DNA of 64,000 nt from the human T2T-CHM13v2.0 reference genome, Homo sapiens, in assembly GCF_009914755.1 (NCBI RefSeq), contig NC_060925.1. The stretch is one strand, 5' to 3'. This document shows positions 25,880 to 41,430 of this stretch, piece after piece; positions within the stretch are counted from its first letter, which is position 1; each line of letters begins with the position of its first letter. The notes beneath the pieces were generated by a model that saw only the letters and a list, made by a program, of their open reading frames with translations, made no database searches and was not told the DNA's origin. The position numbers and the translations under genes are program-made.

Positions 25880-26270
25880 TTATTAATTCAGTTCCTTGAA
25901 TAAAAAGTTATCGAATACCTAGATAGTGTATTAGATAAAGACACAGAGATGCTGAAGATAGTCTTTCCCTGAAGGAGCCCATAGTTAATTTTGGAAGACT
26001 AATGATAAAAATATTATCCTACATAGTGCTAAGTGCAATAATAGAAGGAATTACTAGGAACAATGGTGGCACACAAGTTGGAAAAATGAAATTGTTTTCT
26101 GCGGGTCAGGGAAGTCACAGAGAATGAAAAACACTTTTGCCAGGAAAATAGAGAAAAAAAAGAGTACTCTAGGCAAGAGAAATTTGATCATAGGCATGGA
26201 TTTATGAGACAACAAAGTCTGTGAAGAGGCCTCAGACAAGAGCCTGAGTCTAAGAAGGTAGAAGTATTTC
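25880..26270 (-). mobile_element. L2 3' fragment
   Basis: gtctttccctgaaggagcccatagt...tagtgctaagtgcaataatagaag. Confidence 0.5.
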
Positions 26271-26343
26271 ATAACTGTTCTCTCTCTCTCGCCTGTTAAC
26301 TTAGCTCAGTTAATATTACTGCCTCTATATCCTCGCAGGCTGA

Positions 26344-27595
<1,252 letters not shown>

Positions 27596-27599
27596 ACCT

Positions 27600-29900
27600 T
27601 TACTTAAGGTGTGTCTTCTGTAGCAGCATATAGTCTTATTTTTCTAAAGCCTGGTTTTATAATCTTTTATTTAAAATATTTGGTACATTTGCTACAAATA
27701 TTGATATATATGAGTTAAATATATCAATGTTTAATTTGTTTACTATTAATTCCCCTTGTCCTATGTTCCTTTTTCCTCTCTCTTTTGATCTCTTTATGAT
27801 TAAGTAAGCATTAAAAATTATTTTATTATTTTCCTAATTATCTTGTTAGTTATCTACTATTTTACTATGGTGTTAGTGGATACTCTACATCATGCATCCT
27901 TGATTTAAAGTCTAATATTATTCCTTATATTATTTTCTTGGTGTTAGAATACTTTAATTCCATTTACTCACCTCCTTCATTTTGTGTTAATATTGTCATG
28001 CATTTTAATTCAATGTTTTTTTTTATACCCATAAGAAATTATTATTGGGGTAAATATGTGGGTAAATAATATGTCCAATAGTTGTTTAGATTTACCCACA
28101 TAATTACCCTTTCTATTGCTCTCAATTTCTTAAGAAATCAGAGGGCTTCCAGCCAGGATAATTTTCCTTCTGCTCAAAGAATTTTCTTTCAGTTTTTTTT
28201 TTAGCTTGGGTAATATATTCTTTAGTGTACTGGTAATGAATTTCTTTAGTATGCTTGTAATGAATTCTCTTAGTTTTTGCTTTTCTAAAAAAATCTTTAT
28301 TTTACATTTATTTTCAAGGAATATTTTTGATGAGTATAGAATTCTAGTTTGGCAGTTATTTTCTATTTACACTTTGTATATATGATACCATTGTTTGTTG
28401 AGAAGTCAGCCATAATCTCTGGAAACTTTTAAGATTTTCTCTTTGTCTTTGATTTCCAGCAATTGTATGGGGCCTAAGTGGCTTTTCATCATCTTATCTT
28501 GCTTATGGTTTGTACAGGTTCTGAATTCTCTGGTCTGATGTTTTTCATCAGCTTTGGAAAATATTATCAGCCATTGTTTCTCAATTACTACTTCTTACCA
28601 ATTTTTTCTCCCTTTTCTCCTTCTGCAGCTCCAGTTACGTGTGTGTTAGATTTTTGCACTATGATCTTTGCATCAGTATGGATATTTTTTTCTAATTAAT
28701 CTTCCAGCCCACAAATTCTCTCTGCAGCTGTGTCTCATGTTCTATTAAAGTCACCTTAATTTTAATTATTGTATTTAAAAATTTCTAGAGTGTCTATTCT
28801 TTTTCTTACTCTTTTCACTTCTCTTAGGAGATTTTAATTTTTTTTCATTTAATTTCTGGCATATTAATGACAATTAATTCAAGATATGTTTTCTAACTTC
28901 AACATTCGGATCTCCCATAGGTCTGTTCTGTGTTGGTTTTTATCCCTTAGTTTGTGGTCAGTTTCTTTCTTTTCTCCCTTAGTAGACATTAATTTCAGGG
29001 CACGTATGGTAACTTTCTAGGTTTTATATAACAAAATACCACAGTCTTGGTGGCTTAAACAACAGAAATTTATTTTCTCACAGTTCTGGAAGCTAGACAT
29101 TCAAGATCAAGTAGGTTTGATTTCTCCTGAGGCCTCTCTCCTTGCCTGGCAGATGGCTGCCTTCTTATTGTGTCCTTCCATGGCGTTTCCTCTGTATGTG
29201 CATCCCTGATGTTTCTCTGCGTGTCTTAATCTCCTTTTCTTATAAGGACACCAGTCATATTGGATTAGAGTCCACTCTAATGGCCTTGTTTTAACCTAAT
29301 TACCATTTTAAAGGTCTTGTCTTCAAATACAGTCACATTCTGAGGTACTGGGAGCCAGGGCTTCAACATATAATTATGTGGGAACACAGTCATAACATCA
29401 TTGTATATGAAGAATTACAGGAATAATTTGAAGCTCTGGATAATGTTGTCTGTCTTCAGAGAGAATTTACTTTCATGTCTGGAAAGCAGTTAGATTAGGG
29501 ACCATCTGTTTAATTCAGTCAAGGATTTAGATGATTAGCAGCTGGTCTTCAGTTTTGGTAAGGACTGATCAGTTCCACTTTACCTTTACTTCTAAGGTAT
29601 ATGTTTCCATAGACCCACCCGAAAGCTTTAACTGCTTTCCAGGATCCTTCCCTTTAGGTGGCCCTGAATTCCAATTTTTGTCCATTCAGACTCTCAACTA
29701 CAGATTATAAATCAGCAAATGCCTCAGGAGGAGCAGTATCATATGCCATGCTAATCTTTCTGTGTTTCCCTTCTTTTGAGCTTCCATTACTGGTGCTCTT
29801 TGATACCTTCAAGTAGATTTTAAAAACACAAAATGGCCACATTTTCTATTTGTTCTTAGCAGGAGAATTAGTCTGAAACAAGCAAGCCCACCAATGTCAT
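27600..29900 (-). mobile_element. Old L1M 5'/ORF1-region fragment, split by MLT1
   Basis: gtgtcttctgtagcagcatatag, gagtatagaattctagtttggcagttattttct and tttttcatcagctttggaaaat. Confidence 0.6.
29004..29397 (-). mobile_element. MLT1A/B MaLR solo LTR
   Basis: ggtggcttaaacaacagaaatttattttctcacagttctgga...aaatacagtcacattctgaggtactggg...cataaca. Confidence 0.88.
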
Positions 29901-30509
29901 AAGGAGAAATCCCAGTTCAAGTCCCTAAAGTCAGTTCTTAGAATACCCATCACCAAAGGATCAATCAAATGACCAAGTTTCTAATTTATATTTTGCTAAG
30001 TCCTGCCTTTCTTTTAAGTATTTGTACAATTTATAATAATTTATATTGGATAGGATGATTTTAATAATTTTAATAATTTGGGGAGTTTTTGACAATTCAT
30101 GTAAGGTTTTGATGAGTCTTTTTATAATGGTATTTAAAGGAATATTGAGTTTGCCTCAACTCCATGTTACTGCAGCTAAAATGCTAAAATGAGTGAGGGC
30201 AGATACAGAGGACCCTCTAGTTGAAGAAAGATGGAGAAAAGAGACAGTCATAGCATGACCTCAGCTGAGTTCTTGAGAGTGGGAAACTAAGGAGAAAGGA
30301 GGGAATAGAAGCAGGGGAGTTCTAAAGGTCTAAGGAACTTGGAGTCCTAGTTTCTCATCCTTTATTGGAGGACTTTAAATTGTTGACAATTTTATAAAAA
30401 TGTGAAGGAAAAGGGTTTGGGTTAATAGATAAATTTGGTAAATTTTACACACTGGCATTTAGCAAATTGATCCTTAGGCAAAGTAGGTTCTTTTTGCGAT
30501 TTTTGATAT

Positions 30510-30972
30510 TTATTAGGTCACAGAATGCTGTAATAGAGACTCCAAGATATCAGGGCTTAAACATGATGAATATTGATATCTCTTTCACTTAATATTCTGA
30601 GCCTAATGTTGGTATAGCAGCTCCTTTGTACTGAGGACCCAGAGCCTACAATCTATAAGTGTTGGCTTTGTCAAAATGGCCAAAGAAGGTCAAACCGTAA
30701 TCATTGCTTCCACATCACAGTGAGTAGGAAGAACAAAACAGGGGTGAAGGAGGGCACACAACTATTATAAATGTGTGAGTCAAAATTTGCACATACTCTT
30801 ACTTATATGCTCCTGGCCAAGACTTAGTCTCATGGACACAGCTAGATTTAAGAGAAGCTGAGACATGTAGTTTCCATGCTGGGTGGCCATAAGCCCAACT
30901 AAACTGTACACATTTTATGAGTTTAAAGGATTGGGAGATTGATATGGGAGAAGACATGGAGTCTCTGCCACT
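30510..30972 (-). mobile_element. Old MLT1 (I/J/K-like) solo LTR
   Basis: ggccaagacttagtctcatggacacagctag...gctgggtggccat...gtctctgccac. Confidence 0.65.
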
Positions 30973-31124
30973 CCTGACTAAGAGCAAACTTAATACAACT
31001 TGATTTATATTATTGTTTATTCATTATTTTGGCAAGTTTTCACTGGCAACCTGCACTGAGGGATACATTCATGTAGTCAATGTGTGAAGATGAGCTGTAA
31101 AAAAAATAAATGTGTAAAACAGGG

Positions 31125-31503
31125 TGTCTATGTTAGAGTTCCTGGGAAATACACTCCATGATGGAGTTGAACCTGTAGGCAGTTTGCTGGGGAGTGCACC
31201 CTGGTCAGCCCCGGTGGGGAAGTGAAGGGAAGAGTGCGGGGCAGTGAAAGTAGTTCAACTGTTACCACAAAGTCCTCATGGGAGCTCTGGGTCTGGGATA
31301 GGAAAGTGGTTGTTGTCTCACTTTGGAGCAAGGGATCCTTTGTACCCTATCCTCTTCACTGACTAATTAGGGAATTTGAGCTGCCCTGGGGAAAAGAGGT
31401 TCTTTCTGGATGAGGGCAATTTCCCTGAGGGATTTGGCTGAGACTTGGTACCTCAGTCCTGAAACAAGAAGCAGAACAACATACACCTCAGAGTGGTGCA
31501 CAG
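31125..31503 (-). mobile_element. ERVL-type solo LTR (LTR16-like)
   Basis: GC-richer ~380-bp block bounded by tgt...aca; gttcctgggaaatacactccatgatggag...tttgctggggagtgc. Confidence 0.5.
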
Positions 31504-31579
31504 TATTGAGGCTCAATGGTGGAAATGTGTTGGGATACTGTGAGGAATGAGAAGACAATTCTTATGTGGGTGTGTGTCT

Positions 31580-32005
31580 CTGTCAGAAAAAGGTTTCATA
31601 GGAGAGGTGATATTTGAACTACCTTGCAAGATGGCAGTATATTCTTCAGGTAGAATAGAGACATAGTATTCCACCCAGAGGGAGATTCACAAGCAAAGCC
31701 TGGCACTTGCAAAAAAAAAATGTATGTCATTCAGAGTGACTAGGAGTGTAGGGTCCAAGATGAGGGGAAGGAGAACAGGATAGTGAGGTGATAATAAGGA
31801 ATGAAGCTGAAAAAACAGCAGGGTCTAGATTATGGAGGGCCAAATAGGCCCAGCAGTTTGCATTTTATTCTAATAGCAAGGCAAGCCTTTGAATAAAGGA
31901 GGGTCTGGATTATATCTGGCTTTTACAAAGATCACTTAGGCTCCTGGATAGATTGGAAGGCAGGAAGGATAAATCGAAATAGCTCAGTGAGGAGATAATT
32001 GCAGT
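31580..32005 (-). mobile_element. L2 fragment
   Basis: aggtttcataggagaggtgatatttgaact; ttttacaaagatcact. Confidence 0.55.
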
Positions 32006-32789
32006 ACCCTCTGTTCTTTCCTTCTTCAGATTTTGAACATCTTAAAAACAGATACTGTGATTTTATCTACATAGATATAGATCTCTTTCCTGATGCCTGT
32101 GAAATAGCTTCATTATTTTATATTCTTAAAGGTAGTAAAACTGCATTTAAAATTTTTGTAATGCAGATGTTTTGCCTATTTGGACTGATTTTCCTATACA
32201 CCACGGTTTATGTTTTTAATTTGCAAATTTCTACTGAGGACGAGGTCAGAGAAGAAAGCATAAAGAAGAAATCTCACTTTTGCTATTTTATTTTACAGGA
32301 AGGATAGGGGCCTGCTCTTTGCAGACTCTTTTCAACATTCCATTCCTGCCGCATGACATTCTTTGCTTTCCTTCCACTGCCTCCCCCTTGAGTCCAGCCA
32401 GCTCCTCGTTGCTATAAATTCACTTCTGAACGTCCCTTGAGTACTTATTTTTTCCTCTAGTATGAAGATCAGGACAATGAGAGAATCCAAGTGACTAAAA
32501 CCTACAGGGAAGCAAGACAAAGCTTTGGAGAAAGGACTATAACATAGAAAACTGGCATGCTTTATTATGATGCTAAAACAGTTGATCAATTCAATTTGCC
32601 TACTTAGTCATTGCATTAGTAAATGGAGGTCAGTCCATACAGCAGTTGACCAAAAATTTCTAGTTTGTATTTTTAATAGAAATTATATATAACTCTATAC
32701 ATATATACGTGTGTGTGTGTATGTGTATATATATATATAGACAATCCCTGCATCCCCATTTCTATGTTCACGTTACATTGATTGCCTAT

Positions 32790-32940
32790 TATTTCTGTCT
32801 GTTTCCTGCCAATACTAAGCCCTTTGTGGACAGGGTTCTTGTCAATTTTGTTCTCCCAATAATTCCTCAGTGACAGCTCAGGTTGAGTATAACCTATTCA
32901 GTGCACTTAGTAAACATGTGTGTAATAGAAATATGAATTC
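32790..32940 (+). mobile_element. L2 3' end
   Basis: taagccctttgtggacagggttcttgtc...cacttagtaaacatgtg. Confidence 0.5.
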
Positions 32941-32954
32941 TCCAGGAAGTTAGT

Positions 32955-33220
32955 AATAACAGGAAATACTTGCTTGTTTGAATGCTGCCTATCTGCAGGG
33001 TGCTAAGTGCTTTAGGTAGATTATTTAATTTAGCTTCACAATAAATCTATGGCAAAGAGCTCCTTACTTGCCTTGCTTTAATTTATAACCAAGGAAAATA
33101 AGGCACTGAGAGATTTAATAACTTGCTTAAAGTCGCACTGTATAATAAATAGGAGAGTCAGAATTCAAACCTAGAGATTGTCTTTCAGGAGCCCTTTTTC
33201 TGAGCTCCCATGCTATTTAA
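32955..33220 (-). mobile_element. MIR SINE
   Basis: gtgctaagtgctttag...aaggcactgagagatttaataacttgcttaaagtc...gaattcaaacctag. Confidence 0.75.
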
Positions 33221-33313
33221 CCCTATTTCATGAGCTATAGTTCTTTGTATTTCTGGTGTTTAGAAACTGTTCAGCCTATTCTTCCAGGTTGTTGAACTTG
33301 CTTATACAAAGGG

Positions 33314-33407
33314 AGAATACCTTCCTATGTGCTTTGCATTGTTTTGTTAAGGATAAACTGAAGAGTACCTTCTTGTGTAGTTTGCATTGTTTTGTTAAGG
33401 ATAAACT
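33314..33407. repeat. 48-bp-period tandem duplication (2 copies)
   Basis: tttgcattgttttgttaaggataaact is identical at 33333-33359 and 33381-33407. Confidence 0.92.
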
Positions 33408-33466
33408 AACTTTTCTCAACTTTACATGGCTGAACTTTCTTTACACTTAACTCTTTCTATGCTACC

Positions 33467-33848
33467 TGTATTAGTCTGTTCTCACACTGCTATAAAGACA
33501 TACTTGAGACTGGGTAATTTATAAATAAAAAAGGTTTAATTGGCTCATGGTTCTGCAGGCTATACAGGCTTCTGCTTCTGCAGAGGCTCAGGAAACTTAC
33601 AATCATGGTGGAAGGCAAAGGGGAAGCGGCACATCTTCACATGGCCAGCAGGAGAGGTGGGGTGCTACACACTTTTAAACAAGCAGATCTTAGGAGAAAT
33701 TTATTACAAGACAGCACTAGGGGAATGGTGGTAAAGCATTAGAAACCACCCCCTTGATCCAATCACCTCCCACTAGGCCTCTCCTCCAACACTGGGGATC
33801 ACAATTCCATATGAGATTTGAGCAGAGACACAAATTGAAACCATATCG
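33467..33848 (-). mobile_element. MSTA-like MaLR solo LTR
   Basis: tgtattagtctgttctcacactgctataaag...aaaccatatcg; 5-bp TSD ctacc/ctatc. Confidence 0.9.
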
Positions 33849-34059
33849 CTATCCGTTTTTGAGTTGAACTTAAAATTCATTTTTTTCTTTGTTTCAATGA
33901 TTTGTACTGATCTTTTCTTCACCATCATCAATTTACTATTGTTCTAAAGTTTCATTCTTTAGTTTTTGGTAAACTCTTCTCTAATCAGTTGAAGGTAAAA
34001 GAAAACCACAAATTCCCATAGTAAATGCATAACCCAGTAATGTACATGCAATAGTCTGT

Positions 34060-34195
34060 GTTTATAAGTGTGTTCCCTCTAGGCTATGATGCATTGAGGC
34101 AATGATTGTGTCATGCAGCACTGTTTCTCCAGTGCAAGTGTCTAGCACATAGTAGGTGTGAATCACTATGTGGTAACTGAACAAAGGAATGAGTG
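34060..34195 (+). mobile_element. L2 3' end
   Basis: gtgtctagcacatagtaggtg...gaatgagtg. Confidence 0.6.
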
Positions 34196-34861
34196 TTGCT
34201 TTTGGAGGTGTAATTTCTTTGGGTCAGTACCAAGATCTTAGATTTTTCACTCAGGAACTTACTTGATATCTTATATGATAATGAATTGTAAGGAACTGCT
34301 AAGATAGAATATGAATGTTTTCATTATGTGAACACTAATATATTGATTTCCTCACATAGAACCTAACATCATTCAAAACAATAGTTCATTCACCTGGTGC
34401 TTAGAATACATGACATTAAACACTTGTTTGGACATGTTATTGGGTCATATATTATATTGGCTCAGCTTCATGATAAATTAGTTAATTGAGTTGTTTTGTA
34501 ACTGATAGAGACACAGACACATGTGGTGACATGTGTCACCACATTATCTTCTTCAAAAGGCTGGTCACTATTATAAACAATCTTTTTTTAAGACTGAGGA
34601 GTTAATTTTATCTGACAGATAGAAGTTCATGGTTATTTTATTGATTTTATTTAACTATTGATCAGCCCACATGTTCTGTAGGTCAGTAATTTTATAGCAC
34701 TAGTTAATCTGCCTTAGTTGGTTCCTATAGCTCGAGCAGAGGGTTTGACTTTGAGATAAGAATCCTGGAGCAGCTTATTTTTGTATTTCGCAAAACAACA
34801 TATAACTCAAGGCATGAGTTTCTTTTTAATGCAGATACGATGGCCAGATAGTTACTCTGGC

Positions 34862-35096
34862 TTTTGTTTTGTTTTGTTTTGTTTTTGTGTTTGTTTTAGA
34901 GACAGGGTCTTTCTCTGTTGCTCAGGCTAGGGTGCAGTGGCATGATCATTGCTCACTGCAGCCTTGAACTTCTGGCCCCAAGCAATCTTCCTGCCTTGGC
35001 TGCCAAGTAGCTGGGACTACAGCTGCATGCCGCGATGCCTAGCTAATTTTCTTATTTTTTTGTAGAGATGGGGTCTTGCAATGTTGCTCAGGCTGG
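34862..35096 (-). mobile_element. 5'-truncated AluJ with (GTTTT)n tail
   Basis: gagacagggtct...cactgcagccttgaact; TSD actctggc at 34854-34861 and 35097-35104. Confidence 0.9.
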
Positions 35097-35444
35097 ACTC
35101 TGGCATTTGACAAAAAATTACAGCTGTGTATAAGGGTTGATCAGAAAAAAGAGGCTCTTGGCATTGCACATGTTGCTCTGGCTGGAAATAGCTAGGCTCA
35201 GTTTGGGTTTTATAGACGTCTACAACCACAACCCCTGATTGTATTGTCTTTCTCTCTGAGCTATTTAAATAGCTACAAGACAAGCTTCTTTTTCATTAGG
35301 GCTGGAGGTTTGACAGTCATGACATAATCCTTTGCTTTCCTCACACTGCATTTTCCTTTAAAAAACACTATAAATTTAAATTAATATAATACACCTTGTT
35401 TTGATTTACTCAAAAGGCTTGTGGAAATCTCTGACCATAATCTC

Positions 35445-35590
35445 TATTTAAGTGATCTCATTCATGCTCATGGATTTAAGTATCATCTATTACTGATGAC
35501 TCATATACTTAACTCTCCATTTAGAACTTTTCCCTGTTCTTCAAGGCCGTATATCCAACTACCTACTTGATGATACACCTGAATGTTTGC
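35445..35590 (+). mobile_element. L2 fragment
   Basis: gtgatctcattcatgctcatggatttaagtatcatcta...gatgactc (decayed YADD region). Confidence 0.65.
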
Positions 35591-35599
35591 TGGAGTGAA

Positions 35600-36860
<1,261 letters not shown>

Positions 36861-38949
36861 GGACATTACATTGTGGAATCATCTTCCCTATGACTCAGTG
36901 TCTCAGTAATTGAGAGTCAAGGGTGTCAGCATGAAAGAGGGCTGCTATGCATGTCTCCTCCATTGGGCTCTTACTCAACGCTTTGTCTAGAGATGTGACT
37001 GTGGTTGTGTCTTTTAGCCTTCATCATATTTGAATGCTACCATGGTTTTCTCAATCCTGTACTTCAATTTCATACTTTTGTTTTCTTTTTTCTACTTATT
37101 TTTATATGGTAGGTCTATTTGTATGACTAAATAGTTTTACAAGCTTGCATGGAAGATTTATATTCTTTTGTTTGCTTTTATTGGAATTTTTTTTGTTAAG
37201 ATACCCTGTTACTAGAAGTATTTATAAATCTTTGAGGCCGAGATATTTCTTACTAACAATGGGCCTCTTTCTTTCTCTCTCTCCCCTACCCATACACAGA
37301 TGGGTAGAACAGTTCTTTTTCTGACTCCTTACTCTGGATGGAATCATTAAGAGATTTCTTGAGCAACAGAACAAAATGGAGATGACATTTTGCTACTTGA
37401 ACAACTTTCAGGTTATGACCTACCCTAACCCCAGTTTGGACAATCGACAGGCAGGCTTTGACTCTTCCAAAAATAGATTAATAATTTGAGCATTTTATTT
37501 GAAAACCATTGCTAGTTTAAATTGGCAAAATCAGTGTCTTTCAGCAACTCATTCTTTAAAGTCTGAGCAAGTCATATACTACATCACAAAGTGATAGATC
37601 AGCTACTGTTTTTATCATGCCTATTCTAGTTTGGGAACTAGTCAGTGGCCAGAACTGTATCCACCTCTTTCTTATCCTGAAGGTGATAAGATCTTTATAC
37701 ATGCTCAGGGAAATACAAATGTATGCCACAAAACGGAATAATGTAAGAACTGGGGGATATTTAATCTGGAGAAAAGAAGAACCAGAGGAATATGCTTACT
37801 ATCATAAAACCTTTTGAAGAGCTATTATTTATAACAGGAATGAACTTATCATTCACGAGCATTTAATGGAGGTTGTAGTGAAAATCAGATTATAGCAAAG
37901 TGTGAAGACATATTTTCTGACATTTGGGAGCTGTTTCTAGGGATTTCTAGACCACTTCATAGGAGGCTTTTAAGAATGGAATGGAAAAACAGGCTAGGAT
38001 GAGTATCATTCAAGAGGACTAAAAAATAGACTTTGCAGTTGAAATAGGTAAGTTAAACACCATTTATTGAATTTTTGTTTTCCAATTACAGAGAGTTTTG
38101 AAGATTTTGCAAACATGGAAATCCTTAAGGAAATACAAATCACCAAAAATCTTACTCAGAAGAGATAAGCACTGGTAATATTTTAATATGCAGGGTACTC
38201 ACATATGGTTGTTCAAGCTGTTGCTTGTTCAAAGGTAACCAGCTGTGGGAGTAAGTAGAGACCTGAGTGTGTGTGTATTTGTAAACCTGAGGTCGCACTG
38301 TACCTGCTGTTTTGTAATCTTCTTTTCTCTGTTATCGTATTACGAACACTTTCTCATGTGGTCACATAATTTTTAAGATTAGCTTAGTATACCTTTAGAT
38401 AGATGTACCATAATTTCTTTGAATAGGCTTTTGTGTACACCTACAATGTTAGTTTCACTCTAAAATGTGGTATGAACACCATTGTGCATATTTTGATCTC
38501 TTATGATAAAATCTCTGATGTGGACATAAGTGTTCATATTCGTAAGGCTTTGTGGTCTATATTAGGTGACTCCAATTTTTAAAAAAATCCTGAGATTCTA
38601 TAAAATTTTTGACCCAGGAGAGCTACCTTGTCAAAAGTCACATGGCTAACTATGGGCAGAGTTGTGTCTAATTGTATTATCCAGTAGCATATGGATTAAT
38701 ACAATTCTCTATGAAAATACAAAATTCAGAAGCAAAGGAAATGTATTTTTTCTCCAATCATTATTACTACCCTTGAGATAAGACTAGTGGAATTATTAAA
38801 TAATTTATGCATTTTCAATGATTTTTCCCCTCTTATTCTTATTTTCTTCACTCACTATGCATAAGTCTTTCTGGACAAAGTGTAAGCTCATTGAGGATAG
38901 AGATCAATTTATATACATACTTATTTTTTATCTAACGCTCTAAGTTATT

Positions 38950-40800
38950 GTCTTTTTAAATTTTTAATTGATTGTCTTGATCTTGACGTAGACAATTAAA
39001 TCATTTACAGACAGTTTTTTCTTTCCAATATTTACATTTTATTTTTTTCTCCTTTATTGCACTGACAAGTAATCTAGAATAGTGCTAAATCATAGAGGTC
39101 ATAGTGAGAATCTTTTTTTTTTTTTAGTAATTTTAGTCCAGATGTCTTTAGTGCAGTCTTTGCAAAATTGGAGCTGTGGACACTAGTTTCCAGAGTTGAG
39201 AACAAAGGGCTTAGTAATCAAAGAAGCTTGGGAAATCGCACCTTCTATTCCCTTTCAAAAGAGTCGCAGAACAACCATAGTAGCGTGTTAAAGCCTCTGA
39301 GAAACTCGCCAGTGATAAATAAATCTGTTTAATTTGTTTAGCTATTAAACGTATTTACTCTGGGGAAGACTTATTTTTTTCTAAACATACTTGTGGCCAT
39401 CCCCTCCCTTAATACCTGCTTGAGAAACTCTGCTCTCTTGTTTCACCCCTGAGTATGGCATTTGCTGTTAGCTTCTGAGAAATATTTATTTTTTTGATCA
39501 TGTAAGGAAAGTTGACTATTTTTTTAACTCAGGAATTGATATTGCATTTTATCAAGTATCTTTTCCACTTTTATTGAAATAATCACATATTTTTTCTTCT
39601 TTAATTCTTAAAAACAATGTCTTGTCAAAAGTAAATCATTCCTACACATAATAGAGAGGTTAAGAAGATAAGCTTTGTGATCTCTTTACAGTCTGTCTTC
39701 CAATACTAGGCCTATCACTTATCATGTGAAATTTGGCAAGTTAACTTTGCCTGTCTTTGTCTTCTTGTTTAGAAAATGAAGTGAGGTAGTAGTCACCTAA
39801 CAAAGTGCTATGTACAGTGCTTGGCAAATAGCAGGCAACTAGTAAATGCTGACTTGTTTATTGCTGAGTATTAATAACGATAGCTGTTAAAAGCATGGTA
39901 ACTTTTAGGATCGTACACATTTGACAACTTTTTAATGCTTTTAGTTTTTAGAATTAGTCTTTTCATGTTATCCTTGCCTCTTCTTGTGGCACTTTTGATA
40001 ATTATTGTTTCTCTAGACTACTATTATTTTATCTAGATTTTCAATTTCACCTGTATCTATGATATTTGCCTTATATCTCTAATTTTGCATATTATGTTTT
40101 CTTTCTATATTTTGTTATTAATTAGGGTTGCTAGATATTTGTCTACTTCATTGGGCACTAGAAAAGATTTCATATCATTTTGCAATTTCTAGATATGTTA
40201 CATTTTTAGTTTATTAACTTCTGCTTCTATCTCTATAAATTCCTTCTTTTGACTCCTTTTTGGCTTATTTAATTGTTCGTTTATAAGCTCCTTTAGAAGA
40301 ATAAGTTAACTTGGGTTTGATATTTCTTATTTTTTTGATAAATACAGTTGAGCTTATATTATTTTTGTTGTGTACTCTTTGGCTGAATCTTAAAGTTTGA
40401 GTTGTATAGCAATATAATTGTCCTTCATTTAAAAATTCAGTAATTTCAGAATAGATTTCCATATAACCTTACGTAACTAGAGGAGGGTTTTTAAAGTTGC
40501 AAGTGGGTAGGTGGATGGTGGGAGTGTGGAGGGTGCTTGTTAATGATATCTGGTTTTATTGTAGTGGACAGTGAACATTGCTTGCATTATTTCTACTTTT
40601 TGGAATTTAAGATGATTCCTTTTGATTTACTATGTCATCAAATTTTAAGACAATTCCATGGTGCTTGAAAAGAACAGATATTTGTTAGGTACAAAATTCT
40701 GCATAGTAATGAATCAAGCTGATCCAGTTATTTGAATCCTCTGTTTCCTTATTTAAGTTTTCTCTACTCGATCTCACAAATATTCCTGGAGTCATGGTTA
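38950..40800 (-). mobile_element. Decayed L1M ORF2 fragments with a nested hAT/MER-like piece (~39150-39435) and MIR (~39650-39860)
   Basis: ctcctttattgcactgacaag...atagtgctaaat; ttccatggtgcttgaaaagaa. Confidence 0.5.
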
Positions 40801-40879
40801 TTTTTCTCAAAACTCTACTATTTTCTGGTAGCTGAGACATGGTCTACTCTTTTTATTCTCATTTTTAATATTATGGTAT

Positions 40880-41430
40880 ATACAAGGCCTAGGTCGTGCA
40901 GAAGTTTGGAGATCATGGAAAGATGTTGCATTTCATTTGAAGAACATTGGGTGTTCAATGATGCATGTTAAGCAAGTGAGCGAAATTAATAAGATATATT
41001 TTTAAAAATTGTTCTAGATGTGGTGTGGAACATTGGATGTAGACAAAAGTGGATGCAGAGAGACTAGTAAGGAGACTGTCATAGTACTCCAGGTGAGAAT
41101 TATGGTGCAACTTGGGCTATGTTTTGGGACAAAGAAGAGGAGAAGAATGGATAGTTCATGATTCAGATTGGAAGTAAGAACAACTACATTTACAAATGGC
41201 TTAGATAAAGGGGATTTGGGAGTGAGAGGAATTAAGGAAACTGAAAAATTTTCAAATTCTTACATCCATGGAAAAGAGGTAAGAATTATAATGGCATATT
41301 AACGACAGTGTTAACACTGTCTTCTTTATTATCTTCATCCATTCCACAAAGATTTTTGTGACTGGATATCTGCTAGGAACTGAGGATGTAAAGATGACTG
41401 AGATCCTTGTCAACTCTCAATGGGGTCCCA
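40880..41430 (-). mobile_element. L2 fragments
   Basis: gagagactagtaaggagactgtcatagtactccaggtgagaattatggtg. Confidence 0.6.
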
